A stretch of 64,000 nucleotides of DNA from an uncultured archaeon (GTDB lineage: Archaea; Aenigmatarchaeota; Aenigmatarchaeia; PWEA01; JAGHBM01): contig CAZOZN010000001.1 in NCBI GenBank assembly GCA_964584335.1, positions 179,882 to 243,881 of the forward strand, given 5' to 3'. The position numbers were made by a program, and so were the translations under genes. Shown here piece by piece: positions 31,801 to 40,039 of the stretch. The stretch's first letter is position 1. Every line of letters starts with the position of its first letter. The notes beneath the pieces are model-generated. The model was not told the DNA's origin and made no database searches. It was given only the letters and a program-made list of their open reading frames with translations.

Positions 31801-34144
31801 TTCAGGAGGGGCAAATTATTCTTCTACAACATTAGATTCGCTTTATGTAAAAGTTAATAAAGGCTCGTCTTCCTGCACTCTTTCATCTTCTGAAGGCTGG
31901 TCTTTTGTTTACGGCAGTTCAACTGACCTGACCTGCTCCTGCACGGGAGACGGGACAACCCACCTTTATGTTGATGGAGAACAAAAAGACTCCTACAACT
32001 CTTCTGCCGTGACCCTTGCCGCGGGAACATATTCCTTAATTTGCAACGCCACGGAAGAAAACTATTCCTCCGCTACGGATTCCAATAATTTGACAATATC
32101 AAAGGCGGGAACCTCCATATCTCTTTACTTGAACGGAACTCTCTTTACCTCACCCCAGTTTTTCGAGTATCCTCATTCTACAAAGGTTAATGCAACTGTA
32201 AACGTTTCTTCCTTGACAGCAAATCTTTCCGTTACAGGAAATCCGGTATCAAATCCATACGAAGTATCGCATAAACCTAACACATATAACTACACGGGAA
32301 CATTTACAGAGAACGAGAATTACACAGGCAGCACTTACCAGAAAGCTATAATAATGAGGGATACCGTTGCTCCAAGGCTTGACCTGAGAAGACCGGTTAA
32401 CGGTACAATATACAATACAAACTCCTTAGAATTGAACTGGAGCGTCAGTGATTCTGGAACGGGCGTAAACATGACTTGGTATACCAGGGACAGTAGTTCC
32501 ATAAAAAACTTTGTTTCAGGTCTTTCAAATAACACTACGGCGGGAACATTTGCTCCCGGAACGCACAATATAATATTTTATGTAAATGACAGCGATACCT
32601 ACGACAGTACAGGCTCTACCAACTCTTCTTACAGCTGGTTTATAGTTAACACTACCATGAACGCTACAAAAGAGCTTTCCGATATAGAGGATTACGTGAA
32701 TGATACCCAGAAACTCAAAAACATCAAATTAAAGGTCAACGGTACTGATGCCGGTGAAAATGAAAATCCGAACCAGACCTTTTCTCTCAATATTTGGATA
32801 AACAGTTCAGGTACCAATGTTAACGTAACTATACCGGAGTTCAGGGGTCTTAACGCAAACTGGGACGAGAACTTTGACATAGATGTAAGCATAACGGGCA
32901 GTGCCTCAAACAACAGCAGCAGCACAGCGGGAACAAGTATAAGGAAGATAATATCATTTTCAAGCACAGGAAATTTCCTTCCCGAAAACCGTTACTTGAG
33001 AGGTGCACAAATATTCATTAACCAGTCTGTTAACGGTTATGATGTCTTGTTTATTGATGATGATGCAGGAGAGACTGTTTACAAACTAGATCAGTGCTTT
33101 AACAATACACCAATAAATTGTACTAGCGTAAACACAGCCTGCTACACCAATACAAGCACAAACCTTACCATGTATGTTCCTCATCTTTCAGGAGGGGCTT
33201 TGGCCGAGGACACGGAACCACCTACAGTAAACATGGTTTCCCCTTCAAACAACTCCGTAGCATCAAATAGCTACTTTACTTTCACCTTTACTGCCGGAGA
33301 ATCCAACCCCAAACAGGATTTCTGCTGGTTCAACCTTACAGACAGTAGCGGAGATATTATAAACTATACTTCACTTACGAATGATTCATTTTCCTGGACA
33401 GGAACAACAGGAACGTACACCACGACATTCAGTGGAATTTCAAACGGAGAATATGATATGAAAATAAATTGCACCGATTTGAATGAAAACAGCACCGAGA
33501 ATCTTTACAATTTCAGTGTAGAAGATACAACAAAACCTTCAATAACCTCCATAACCTCTTCTTCCGTAACATCAAGCTCAGCTACGCTTTCCGTAGTCAC
33601 GGATGAAGCGGTAAACTGTGCTTATTCCACTACGGATTCAAATTATTCTGTTATGAATGCTTTCTCAACTACCGGTGCTTTATCACATTCCGTATCCCTC
33701 TCAGGACTTTCCGCCTCTACGTTATACACTTATTATGTCAGGTGCAATGATACGGCGGGTAACGTTATGTTAATTTCCAACTCAACAAGCTTTACTACAG
33801 AATCCGATGACGGGGATGGTGGAGACGGCACTTCCCCAGGCGGAGGAAGTATTAGGGGAGATGCAACTACAACTGTAAACACCACCACAACTATAGATGA
33901 GGAAGAGGAACAGGAGGAGGAAGAAGAACAGGAGGAACAGGAAGAAGAGAAAGAAAAAAAGAGAAAATGGGTTATTCCGGTAGACGAGCTTCCTGATAAT
34001 GTAATGACACAGTTGCTGGTAAGCATAACAATATTTTTGATATTAGTTGGAAGCATAGCTTACTGGAAAAGGCATGATATTTTCCACGGGAGATATTCTG
34101 ATAAAAAGGTTAAGAAGATAAAGAAAAAAGTAGAAAAAATTTGA
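25835..34144 (+). CDS. Giant N-glycosylated surface protein (DUF11-like, Ig-like, right-handed beta-helix, FN3-like, C-terminal TM)
   Basis: Signal peptide; very frequent N-x-S/T sequons; IGADDVTLDCQG--IDG (NosD/pectin-lyase-like); HSVSLSGL---TLYTYYVRC-D-AGN; acidic linker, TM, Lys tail. Confidence 0.88.
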   Translation: MDSKGSLLVSLFVFSIVLFSFFVFSPELSLGEAVYSNGTLSFIIEKTFLQPNVTSGENASFLINVTNNGTQTIYNYKIVDDYNVTFLNYTESNPVHFDVNYTTGHVMWIFNLSVNASHEIYLNFSTLSSGLTTNSAMVMNSTENQTPMAVDNDTFDILSASTTSTTSTTSTSTSTTTSTTTTIPQVDVNLTSPDNGGLVNKTPFRLNYTVNTPSNCTQYWNESGAWSPNSINTTTNGDSWVDVSSIANGTYKWNVFCFEKDNTSNNAWGSDTNWTFTVNATPPGVDLSITKILMNQEQINVNDTITFIVNVSSLGPYNYTEACFWDNFNTTYINFTSSDCPTYYENYTGGQGQININVSDCKGTIYSGETKTITLNFTAKSEGSRNNHVEVSSTGSWENVTDTYDEHYQIGDMGPGPEPPFDDGLDDWRSSVSPPYTIQGEETFINFSVARMANDASCLNYLKIMIPENFTFNGFNYSSEDSGNYTFSNTSGYVIWNATDDYFFCGGENSYFGINVTSTDGFGRTMFQVMSDSDNMTSDINLTFFTTTTFWFNGTVLDKDGNAIPNVTASIVPRSFSMNGDVSFGTFSALTNENGTFNISNIPGLNETINKSMGGPGPGGEDSIFYRLSAVKYNDSQNRYGMYVGANLPDLPESELRSSFGLGDPDVYLKPAVTFHLKVWGEDFKSEPNNDDCWEDEPPTCPPDWEPDFNWTYIGFNYGVKDKNLGYPVSEDFSSQSTERYVSVPLERNYSIMVFPESSFPIYVDFNNIQSSCNSTGYDLSTTGVNATCTIANGTYLVDVVVDSNMTIATFTGYINQTQGIYQELRIVPYMLGAGNMIFDQDVLPFNMGNMEKWPKNSSYDDYYNHSTGEYSIYLPATEAQSEIMLMGLARNGSNYYLDYYKLTAMDQNFTGGSSHNFTLEKLINGISGNITSYNITGDWNETIIANTREVLFRLMNNGTVLSNENSFVEMKVDIDGTEYMRMTDSESGIFSLPIIEGDEIEKLTIYSQSYSPLSTPVSASVLSGSSSTSSISCGNGICNVSLKSFETFDPDDPNSTLNIFVDFVKSTPSCDVPFPSHEDCVLTSVDSDSFSPLKAILSGDISMRIKYNNINIHYTKTDLLASGPPDAAFSQNATETGLAAAWKFGSSGPEIYDNVILGMPYESSLDGLNITVKIPVLYDNEFNVIWNSTKGNTTNELVGTDYEDYINTRYEAYLNGTGVLCDEDDKNLTAGLCYRNSTERLIFIRIPHFTGVGVEVSGGGSSPANLTIWDSTETQTKYAGDSATFYANYTNTTGYPINTTGANCNVTYNKSGSWSTEAMSFNSSSGFYESQETFSAPGTYYWNVTCSSLNYTAMAANDTVLIDSSPLSCGDTLTSYTALNSSLTNCSGNGLNIGADDVTLDCQGNIIDGIGAGDSNGINNTGGYNNFTMRNCIIKEFEYGLRDGYIGPEGGNVSEGGTVENNTVYNINSSAYQNLLVGSGKVYRNNNFSSSFYSLFSNPHIGGGQSTTEYVNLTNNTFNSLFVVQESTNVRVSENVFTTEISISGNHPSPGEPNSPSYNVIFESNNFTGNLLKIANMTNSTIINNYGLSSIIVNESANVSMTGNSVCEGDSKIILTSDSHDNTGDNICGNVTDEDSNSVTCSQSCTFGIRVDSPVNTVYTSLPLSIEVYTYKNADWCGWNLNDTGSNVTMNNTSLQDWNGSIISISQGGQQLYVYCNDTSGSMFLNSSINFNYDSLPPKYSGSVVSTPSSSNYDNSLSYQFNITWSDSNLGTVWIEENLTGTLANHTVSTSSGNEYYYDIGGLAAVSYVYRWIANDTQGLINSTTQQSYVVSQSTPTLTGAVTSPITYGTSSDYNASESNSGDSGCTYILERNGTSLGTGSSISDTAVLAAGTYNYTYYTTGCTNYTANQDTDILVVNEATPSGSLSGFNVTYPTSVNVTVSESNTGDSDVNYTLWRNDSLVSSALGSSPSTIAEQLGAGSYLYLLNTSGGANYSSTTLDSLYVKVNKGSSSCTLSSSEGWSFVYGSSTDLTCSCTGDGTTHLYVDGEQKDSYNSSAVTLAAGTYSLICNATEENYSSATDSNNLTISKAGTSISLYLNGTLFTSPQFFEYPHSTKVNATVNVSSLTANLSVTGNPVSNPYEVSHKPNTYNYTGTFTENENYTGSTYQKAIIMRDTVAPRLDLRRPVNGTIYNTNSLELNWSVSDSGTGVNMTWYTRDSSSIKNFVSGLSNNTTAGTFAPGTHNIIFYVNDSDTYDSTGSTNSSYSWFIVNTTMNATKELSDIEDYVNDTQKLKNIKLKVNGTDAGENENPNQTFSLNIWINSSGTNVNVTIPEFRGLNANWDENFDIDVSITGSASNNSSSTAGTSIRKIISFSSTGNFLPENRYLRGAQIFINQSVNGYDVLFIDDDAGETVYKLDQCFNNTPINCTSVNTACYTNTSTNLTMYVPHLSGGALAEDTEPPTVNMVSPSNNSVASNSYFTFTFTAGESNPKQDFCWFNLTDSSGDIINYTSLTNDSFSWTGTTGTYTTTFSGISNGEYDMKINCTDLNENSTENLYNFSVEDTTKPSITSITSSSVTSSSATLSVVTDEAVNCAYSTTDSNYSVMNAFSTTGALSHSVSLSGLSASTLYTYYVRCNDTAGNVMLISNSTSFTTESDDGDGGDGTSPGGGSIRGDATTTVNTTTTIDEEEEQEEEEEQEEQEEEKEKKRKWVIPVDELPDNVMTQLLVSITIFLILVGSIAYWKRHDIFHGRYSDKKVKKIKKKVEKI

Positions 34145-34217
34145 AAAATAGCTCCAAACACCAGTATAACCCTAAAAATAGGTAGTTTTTTATTCTTTGC
34201 TGACAAATTATATAGAT

Positions 34218-35498
34218 ATGTTATTAAAATCAATTTTTTCCAGGAAAGAAGAAAAAAAGAATGAAGAGAAAAAAGAAATAGTTCTTGACAATATTGAAGA
34301 ATGGCTAATTAATGATAATAAGGACTTTATAGAGGGATTAGAAAAGAATATAGAAGAGAGCTACGGAAAGGTCGACGAAAAGCTCTCTGACTTAAGGGAA
34401 TCGAACAATATTTTTAAAAGGGCCCAAATACATCCCGATGTCCATAAGAAGCTTAAAAAGGCTGCTGAAACGAATAAATCAGACATAGAGAAGAGTATTG
34501 ATGATTTTATAGGTTCTTTTTCTATTCCAAAGGAAAAAGACTTTGGCACCGCGCTACAGTTCTGCGAGACCGTTTCAAAGAAGATGGGTGAGCTTGGAAA
34601 GAAAAACCAGAAGGCTTTTATTATAGTAAACGAGGCTCTAAGGAAGGATACCAAAAACATAAGAAAATCTCTCGGAAGTTTTGAGGAGGAAGTGCTTCAA
34701 TTGTGGGAAACACTCAAGGAAGAGCATGAGAAGGTCAGTAATATAGAGGAAGTTAAAAATCTTTCAAAAGAGCTCAAAGAGAAGATAGACAGGGAGCCCA
34801 AGATAGACAAAGAGATAAAAAGCCTTGAAAGCGCTCTTGGTTTTCAGGAACAAAAGATACATAGGGCAAAAAAAGATTTAGAAGAAATAAAAAACGGAAA
34901 AGAGATGTCAAAATTAAGTAAAAAGAAAAAAGAGATAGAAAACTTCAAAGAAAAGAGAAAGAAGTTAGAAGAGAGGCTAATTAATGAAATGGCCATGTTT
35001 GAGAAGGCATTTAAGAAAATAAAGTATTATAGGGGAGATAGTAAATCAAATCCAATAAAAGGTTATTTAGAGAGTCCTGTTGACACTTTAGCCCAAAAGA
35101 ACGGATTGAAGAAGTTTAAAGATTTTATAGGATATATAAAAAACGATATAGAAGAAAATAGCTTTAAATTATCAGATAAAACAAGAAAAAAAGCTCTTAC
35201 TGGGGTTGAAAGAGTTGAGTCTGGCGTACTCGACTGGACTCTTAACGAGTATAACGAATTGTCGGACAAAATAGAGAAATTATCTGACAGCATTGATAAA
35301 TCCAAAGTTCTTGTTAACCAAAAGGAAAAGAAAGAGGAATACAATGACTGGCATAATTCGTACAAGACGACTAAAAACAAGATTAAAAATCTAAAGAAAG
35401 AGAAGAAGAACATCAGAAGAATTATAAAAAACAAAAAAAGGCTTTTGGAGAACAAGATTAAAAAATTATCTGATTATAACGCTAAGGTTGTTATTTAA
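34218..35498 (+). CDS. Coiled-coil hypothetical protein
   Basis: Long Lys/Glu-rich heptad-like helical ORF; no catalytic motif seen. Confidence 0.75.
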   Translation: MLLKSIFSRKEEKKNEEKKEIVLDNIEEWLINDNKDFIEGLEKNIEESYGKVDEKLSDLRESNNIFKRAQIHPDVHKKLKKAAETNKSDIEKSIDDFIGSFSIPKEKDFGTALQFCETVSKKMGELGKKNQKAFIIVNEALRKDTKNIRKSLGSFEEEVLQLWETLKEEHEKVSNIEEVKNLSKELKEKIDREPKIDKEIKSLESALGFQEQKIHRAKKDLEEIKNGKEMSKLSKKKKEIENFKEKRKKLEERLINEMAMFEKAFKKIKYYRGDSKSNPIKGYLESPVDTLAQKNGLKKFKDFIGYIKNDIEENSFKLSDKTRKKALTGVERVESGVLDWTLNEYNELSDKIEKLSDSIDKSKVLVNQKEKKEEYNDWHNSYKTTKNKIKNLKKEKKNIRRIIKNKKRLLENKIKKLSDYNAKVVI

Positions 35499-36525
35499 AG
35501 GCATCAAGCCTGCTTTGTGTGCCTTTTTTTTCTTTGATTTTGTCTAAGGCACTGTCCACTCTGTTTTCAGAAAATTCATATTCATCACAAAGTATTTTCT
35601 TTATTTTTTCCGCATCGGGTCTTTTCCACTCAAGACTGTAATCATCTGTTACCGGAGGGTTAATAAAGAAATCGAATATTTCTTCCGGAGAGGCCTCAAA
35701 TTCCCATTTTTTTTGTCCTATTTTTTTTAATAAAACGGAGTGATTTGCTTCCTCCTTGACCATTTTTAAAGCTGTTTTAGGTCCTATACCACTCAATCCG
35801 CCAGGATTGTAGTCTGTACCTACCCCAATACCAATTAAAATGAGTTTTTCCCTTGTCAGTTCCAGATTTTCTAATATATCCTTAAGTTCCAGCAATTCAG
35901 GCTTTACTTCAATGTAAGCCTGTTTTCCGGGCACTTTCTTTTTTCCTGTTATTGCTATGTTTCTTAAAAGTCTCTTTGAACCAAAAAGAATAGAATCGAA
36001 GTCCTGAGAAGATGAAGCCCAAACTTCACCTTTTTGCGACATAAAAGATGCCTGCGCCTCTCCTTCCGATGGAGCTTGTACGCAAGGAACTCCCATTGCA
36101 GAAAGAAGATTTTTAGAGCTTTTTATTATGTCTTCATCTATTTTTACACCTTGCTGTGCCCATTTTCTTGCTTCCTGTATGTCGCCTCTTTCTATGGCTT
36201 CTTTGTGTTTTTTGCGTGCATTTTCTCTTCTTTCTCTCCTTTCAAGGTTTGTTTTGTTTTTAAATGCTGGGGGCTTACCGTCAAATACGTAACAGGGTCT
36301 TACTCCGCAATTTAAAAGCTTGGTTGTTCTGTAGAATAGCCCTGAGAAGTGAGAGGTTACTCTTCCTTTTGAATCCTTAAGGGGAGTGCCGTCAGGCTGC
36401 CTTATTATCGAAATGAATTGGTATAGAACATTAAGAGCGTCTACAGCTATCTTTCTTCCCGTCAGTTCCTCTATTTCTATGTTTTTTTTGCATTCTGAGA
36501 CAAGTTCAGATATATTCACGCCCAT
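35491..36525 (-). CDS. fen: Flap endonuclease 1
   Basis: MGV start, AVDA-N-LYQF---IRQPDG-PL, YVFDG-PP, APSEGEAQA, SQDFD--LFG, GTDYNPGG--GIGPK-AL, PIP box QSRLDAF. Confidence 0.97.
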   Translation of the reverse strand: MGVNISELVSECKKNIEIEELTGRKIAVDALNVLYQFISIIRQPDGTPLKDSKGRVTSHFSGLFYRTTKLLNCGVRPCYVFDGKPPAFKNKTNLERRERRENARKKHKEAIERGDIQEARKWAQQGVKIDEDIIKSSKNLLSAMGVPCVQAPSEGEAQASFMSQKGEVWASSSQDFDSILFGSKRLLRNIAITGKKKVPGKQAYIEVKPELLELKDILENLELTREKLILIGIGVGTDYNPGGLSGIGPKTALKMVKEEANHSVLLKKIGQKKWEFEASPEEIFDFFINPPVTDDYSLEWKRPDAEKIKKILCDEYEFSENRVDSALDKIKEKKGTQSRLDAFK

Positions 36526-36562
36526 AATAAAAGATTAAATGGAATAAATAAAAAGATTAGGA

Positions 36563-38092
36563 CTAGTCCTTGAACATTCCTTTCCATAGGTCGTCTTTCA
36601 TTTTCTTACCGGTTTTCTTTTCCCATTCCTCTACGGATAGGGCATACTTTTTTCTTATCTTGTCTCCTATACCGAGCCCGTTGTATGCGCAAAACGGTAC
36701 TATACCCTCAGGAGTCGTGTAGTGGACCACGCACTTCTTTAGCCTGTCTATGTTAAGATTCCACGGGTCCTGGAACCACATGGACCCTATATAGAGGCTT
36801 TTATAGTGGAAATCCTTTAATCCGTCATAATCTCCCCTTAGAAGGGCATTGACTAGCATCTTTGATATGTTTAGTCCTTCAGGAACCTTGTTTTTGTCTA
36901 TGTGTTTTCTTACGTTAGAAAGGAATGCTGAGGCCATCTTTACTTTTTTTAGTTTTCCGGTCTTTTTTGACATTTCTTCAACCAGTCTCATGAAACCTTC
37001 AACATCCAAGAATCTTGTTATAGGCACTACCTTTCCTTTGTCTATAAAAACGTAAGTAGCGCCTCCGCACATGGAATTCGCGGTGAATTCTACCTGTTTT
37101 TTTCCTTTTAGATTTTCTACAAGCTTTGAAATAGGATAAACGAAGGGAACCGGGTAAAAATCATCCCTTTTTATCTGCCCGTCAAATCCGTTTTCGAGGG
37201 CTTCTATCATATCTATATAATCGGCGCGGTCCTTGTTTATGTGCTCCTTCGTGACTTTCTCTAATCTCCCGCAGAATGATATTGGCTGGAAGTTTACTCC
37301 TCTTACTACATCTATGTTTTCTATGGCAAACTTTACTATATCCGCCAGTTCGTTGAGGTTTCTTTTTGTGACTACGGGAACTAGAACTACGCTTTTTAGA
37401 TTGGCTTCTCTCAGATTTTTTATTGCTTTCCTGTTTGGCTCTATCCACGGGTTTGCCTTTACGGAAATGCCGTCAAAGCTCATGTAAACAGTATTTACAC
37501 CCAATTTCTTGAGTTTTTTGCAGTACTCGGGGTCTTCAGCAAGCCTTATTCCGTTGGTGTTGAGCTGTACGTGCTCAAATCCCATTTCCTTTGCCATTTT
37601 TATTATCTCGAAGAGGTCTTCCCTTATAGTGGGCTCTCCTCCCGTAAGCTGCAATGCCTTTGATGGAACAGGTTTTTCCTCTCTTACCTGTTTGAGCATC
37701 TTTCTTATTTCTTCCAGCGAAGGCTCGTAGACGTTCCCGCTTGCTCCAGCGTTCATAAAGCAGTAACTGCACCTAAGGTCGCACCTGTTTGTAACCAGAA
37801 GATTTGTAAGAAGACTTTGTGAAAGATGTTTAGGGTAAAGCTTCTCTTCCTCGGAAAGCCAGCTTTTTATTTCTTTGTTTTCTACTCCGCTTCCTATAAC
37901 ATCATATTTTTTCCATTTGTGGTAAATATTAGAATCATTAAAAACAATTTCCCTGAATGGCCCGTGCTTTTCGCACTCCTTGTCTATGAATACCTTGTTG
38001 CCTTCTTCAACCAGCTCTGCCTTTATCTTGTTTATTTTGCCTTCCTTAAGGCATTCAGGACAAATACTTTCAGTTGTTTCGAGTATATTCAT
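36563..38092 (-). CDS. tes: Tetraether lipid synthase (Tes/GDGT-MAS)-like radical SAM protein
   Basis: N-terminal CPEC...C-KHG; VTNRCDLRCSYCF; YEPSLEEI; GGEPT; NFQPISF-GR; DFYPVP; PITRF-DVEGF; M-FQD--N---RL-KC--HY...PFC-YN. Confidence 0.85.
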   Translation of the reverse strand: MNILETTESICPECLKEGKINKIKAELVEEGNKVFIDKECEKHGPFREIVFNDSNIYHKWKKYDVIGSGVENKEIKSWLSEEEKLYPKHLSQSLLTNLLVTNRCDLRCSYCFMNAGASGNVYEPSLEEIRKMLKQVREEKPVPSKALQLTGGEPTIREDLFEIIKMAKEMGFEHVQLNTNGIRLAEDPEYCKKLKKLGVNTVYMSFDGISVKANPWIEPNRKAIKNLREANLKSVVLVPVVTKRNLNELADIVKFAIENIDVVRGVNFQPISFCGRLEKVTKEHINKDRADYIDMIEALENGFDGQIKRDDFYPVPFVYPISKLVENLKGKKQVEFTANSMCGGATYVFIDKGKVVPITRFLDVEGFMRLVEEMSKKTGKLKKVKMASAFLSNVRKHIDKNKVPEGLNISKMLVNALLRGDYDGLKDFHYKSLYIGSMWFQDPWNLNIDRLKKCVVHYTTPEGIVPFCAYNGLGIGDKIRKKYALSVEEWEKKTGKKMKDDLWKGMFKD

Positions 38093-38241
38093 TTTATCCC
38101 CCACAAACTTTTAAAACTTTTTAAAACTTGTAAAATATTTATAATCAGCTAGTATATATATGTTTAACTACTGTTTTTGATTGTAGTTTCTTTGTCTTTA
38201 AAGGCTTAAATAGTTTCATATTTTCCTTATTATTGGTTGGA

Positions 38242-39321
38242 ATGCCTTCAAATATTGTTTACAGGATTGGGTTGTTCCCTATAGAACTGAAGAACATGAA
38301 TATTGATACAGTTAATACAGTTTATAGTCCTGTTTTGAGCTTTGATAGCGTCGAGGCTTCCTTTATAAAAAACCCCAAGAATCTGGAGCTCACAGGCGAA
38401 TCTAAAATAAACAATCTAAGTTTAAAGGACAACAATACGGAAAAGATACTGCTTAAGGACAGTTCCATAGTGTACGAATTTCGTCCCTCAAAGCTTTCTA
38501 ATTTAAGGGAATTGTCACTCAGGGACAAATCCAGAATAGATAAGATTAGTCCTTATTCCTCGAGAATTAAAAAAATTGAGCTAAGCGATTCGTCTTCAAT
38601 TTACAATATAAAATCCTGGGGCGGTGTCGATTTTGATAAAATTAATCTTTATGATGATTCAAAAATATCTTATATTGATTTATTTTCTCCTAAGAATATT
38701 AAACAAATAAACCTTTTTGATAACTCAAAAATAGATTCTATTAAGTTGCGATATGTTTATCCCGGAGAGGAGTTTGAGAATTCCGTTCATGAAATAAATC
38801 TTTACGGAAAATCCAAGGTCGGTTCTATAAATATCAGGGATTCTTCGAAGGCCGGCAGGATAACTCTCAATGATAATTCAATCGCTATGGTTGATGCTTA
38901 CGGAGATTCGGAGATAGATGAGATAATACTCAAGGATAATTCAAGCTCGGGTTTGGTTGGACCTTACGGAAGTTCAAAGGTAAATAAAATAATGGTCTCG
39001 GGGAATTCAAAAATAAAGAGAATACCTGTTTGCATTGATTCGAGAGTTGGTGATATTTCTTTCAGGGACAAGCCCCAGGTCAAAGAGTTTGCAGTTTACA
39101 ACAAGTCAAGCGTAGGCAAACTCAGTACTTCGGATAATACTATCTTGAGGGATTTTGAAGTCTGGGATAGCTCAAGAATAGAAGAGTATGAGGGCAATTT
39201 CTTCCAGTCACCGGGCAACCATAGAATTGAAGGAGAAATTCCAAGAGAAGTTGTTAATATTTTAGATGCGAATGATATTTTTTACGGTTTGTGCAATTAC
39301 GCCAACCGGAAAGTTATTTAA
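38242..39321 (+). CDS. Repeat protein, probable beta-solenoid
   Basis: Many ~11-residue I-L-D/G-S-I units (KINLYDDSKI, QINLFDNSKI, EINLYGKSKV, KIMVSGNSKI). Confidence 0.7.
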   Translation: MPSNIVYRIGLFPIELKNMNIDTVNTVYSPVLSFDSVEASFIKNPKNLELTGESKINNLSLKDNNTEKILLKDSSIVYEFRPSKLSNLRELSLRDKSRIDKISPYSSRIKKIELSDSSSIYNIKSWGGVDFDKINLYDDSKISYIDLFSPKNIKQINLFDNSKIDSIKLRYVYPGEEFENSVHEINLYGKSKVGSINIRDSSKAGRITLNDNSIAMVDAYGDSEIDEIILKDNSSSGLVGPYGSSKVNKIMVSGNSKIKRIPVCIDSRVGDISFRDKPQVKEFAVYNKSSVGKLSTSDNTILRDFEVWDSSRIEEYEGNFFQSPGNHRIEGEIPREVVNILDANDIFYGLCNYANRKVI

Positions 39322-39354
39322 AAACGTGTTTTCAATCTTATTCAGGGTGTTAGA

Positions 39355-39795
39355 ATGGACTCAGAAAAGGAAATTTATTCTCTTTTTTCAAACGTTGCAT
39401 CGGAGCTGGGATACTCCGAGGTACACGGCAGAATAATAGCGGCATTGCTTGTGGAGGGCAAGTCTCTTTCCCTTGACGAGCTCAGGACAAAGATTGGTTA
39501 TTCAGCTTCTTCCGTTTCTTTAAGCCTTGACTTTCTTGAGATGCTCGATGTGGTCAGGAGAGTTAAGAAAACCAGCGACAAGAAACTTTACATAGAGCTT
39601 CAGGGAGATCTTCTGGAATGTTTGAGGAAGGCAATATTGTTCAAGGCCGAAAAGAACATAGATTCCACTCTTGAAGAATTCGAGAAATACAAAAACGGCG
39701 AGACAAGGAAAACGGTTAAGATACTTGAAAAGGAAATAAAAAGACTGAAAAGATACATAAATCTTCTCTCAAAAGTGAAGCTTCCAAGGTATTAA
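39355..39795 (+). CDS. GbsR/MarR-family transcriptional regulator
   Basis: GYSEVHGRI-A-L-----LSLDEL----GYS-SSVS-SL--LE...DKKLY. Confidence 0.82.
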   Translation: MDSEKEIYSLFSNVASELGYSEVHGRIIAALLVEGKSLSLDELRTKIGYSASSVSLSLDFLEMLDVVRRVKKTSDKKLYIELQGDLLECLRKAILFKAEKNIDSTLEEFEKYKNGETRKTVKILEKEIKRLKRYINLLSKVKLPRY

Positions 39796-39833
39796 TATAT
39801 TAAAATAGTTTTAATTAAATAATCTTTACAAAA

Positions 39834-40039
39834 GGGGCTGTAGTCTAACCAGGCAGGACAGCTGGCTCCAGAACAAATCCCTTTTCAGAAAAGGTATTTG
39901 TATTTACCAAAACTTGGAAACATTAATGTTTCCCTGATAATGATTCTGGAGCGTTGAGAAACCGTTTTGGTTTTAGTGAAAGAAAAAAGCTGTTAGGAGA
40001 TACCAGCAGATCAGAGTTCAAATCTCTGCGGCCCCACCA
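39834..40039 (+). tRNA. tRNA-Trp(CCA) with 130-nt intron at 37/38 (intron 39872-40001)
   Basis: Acceptor GGGGCTG/CGGCCCC-A-CCA; anticodon stem GCTGG/CCAGC; CCA at 39868-70; T arm CAGAG-TTCAAAT-CTCTG; CTCC/GGAG central helix of a relaxed BHB. Confidence 0.93.
39906..39971 (+). ncRNA. Intron-encoded box C/D-like guide RNA predicted to direct Cm34 of tRNA-Trp
   Basis: CTGA (39934), ATGATTC (39940), guide TCTGGAGC complementary to pre-tRNA GCTCCAGA, TTGA (39954); the fifth nt upstream of TTGA pairs with C34; closing stem ACCAAAAC/GTTTTGGT. Confidence 0.7.

Noticed and set aside
11780-34144. Numerous 60-270 aa antisense or alternate-frame ORFs inside the giant genes
   Set aside because: Shadow ORFs expected from the biased codon usage of the host genes; no recognisable motifs.
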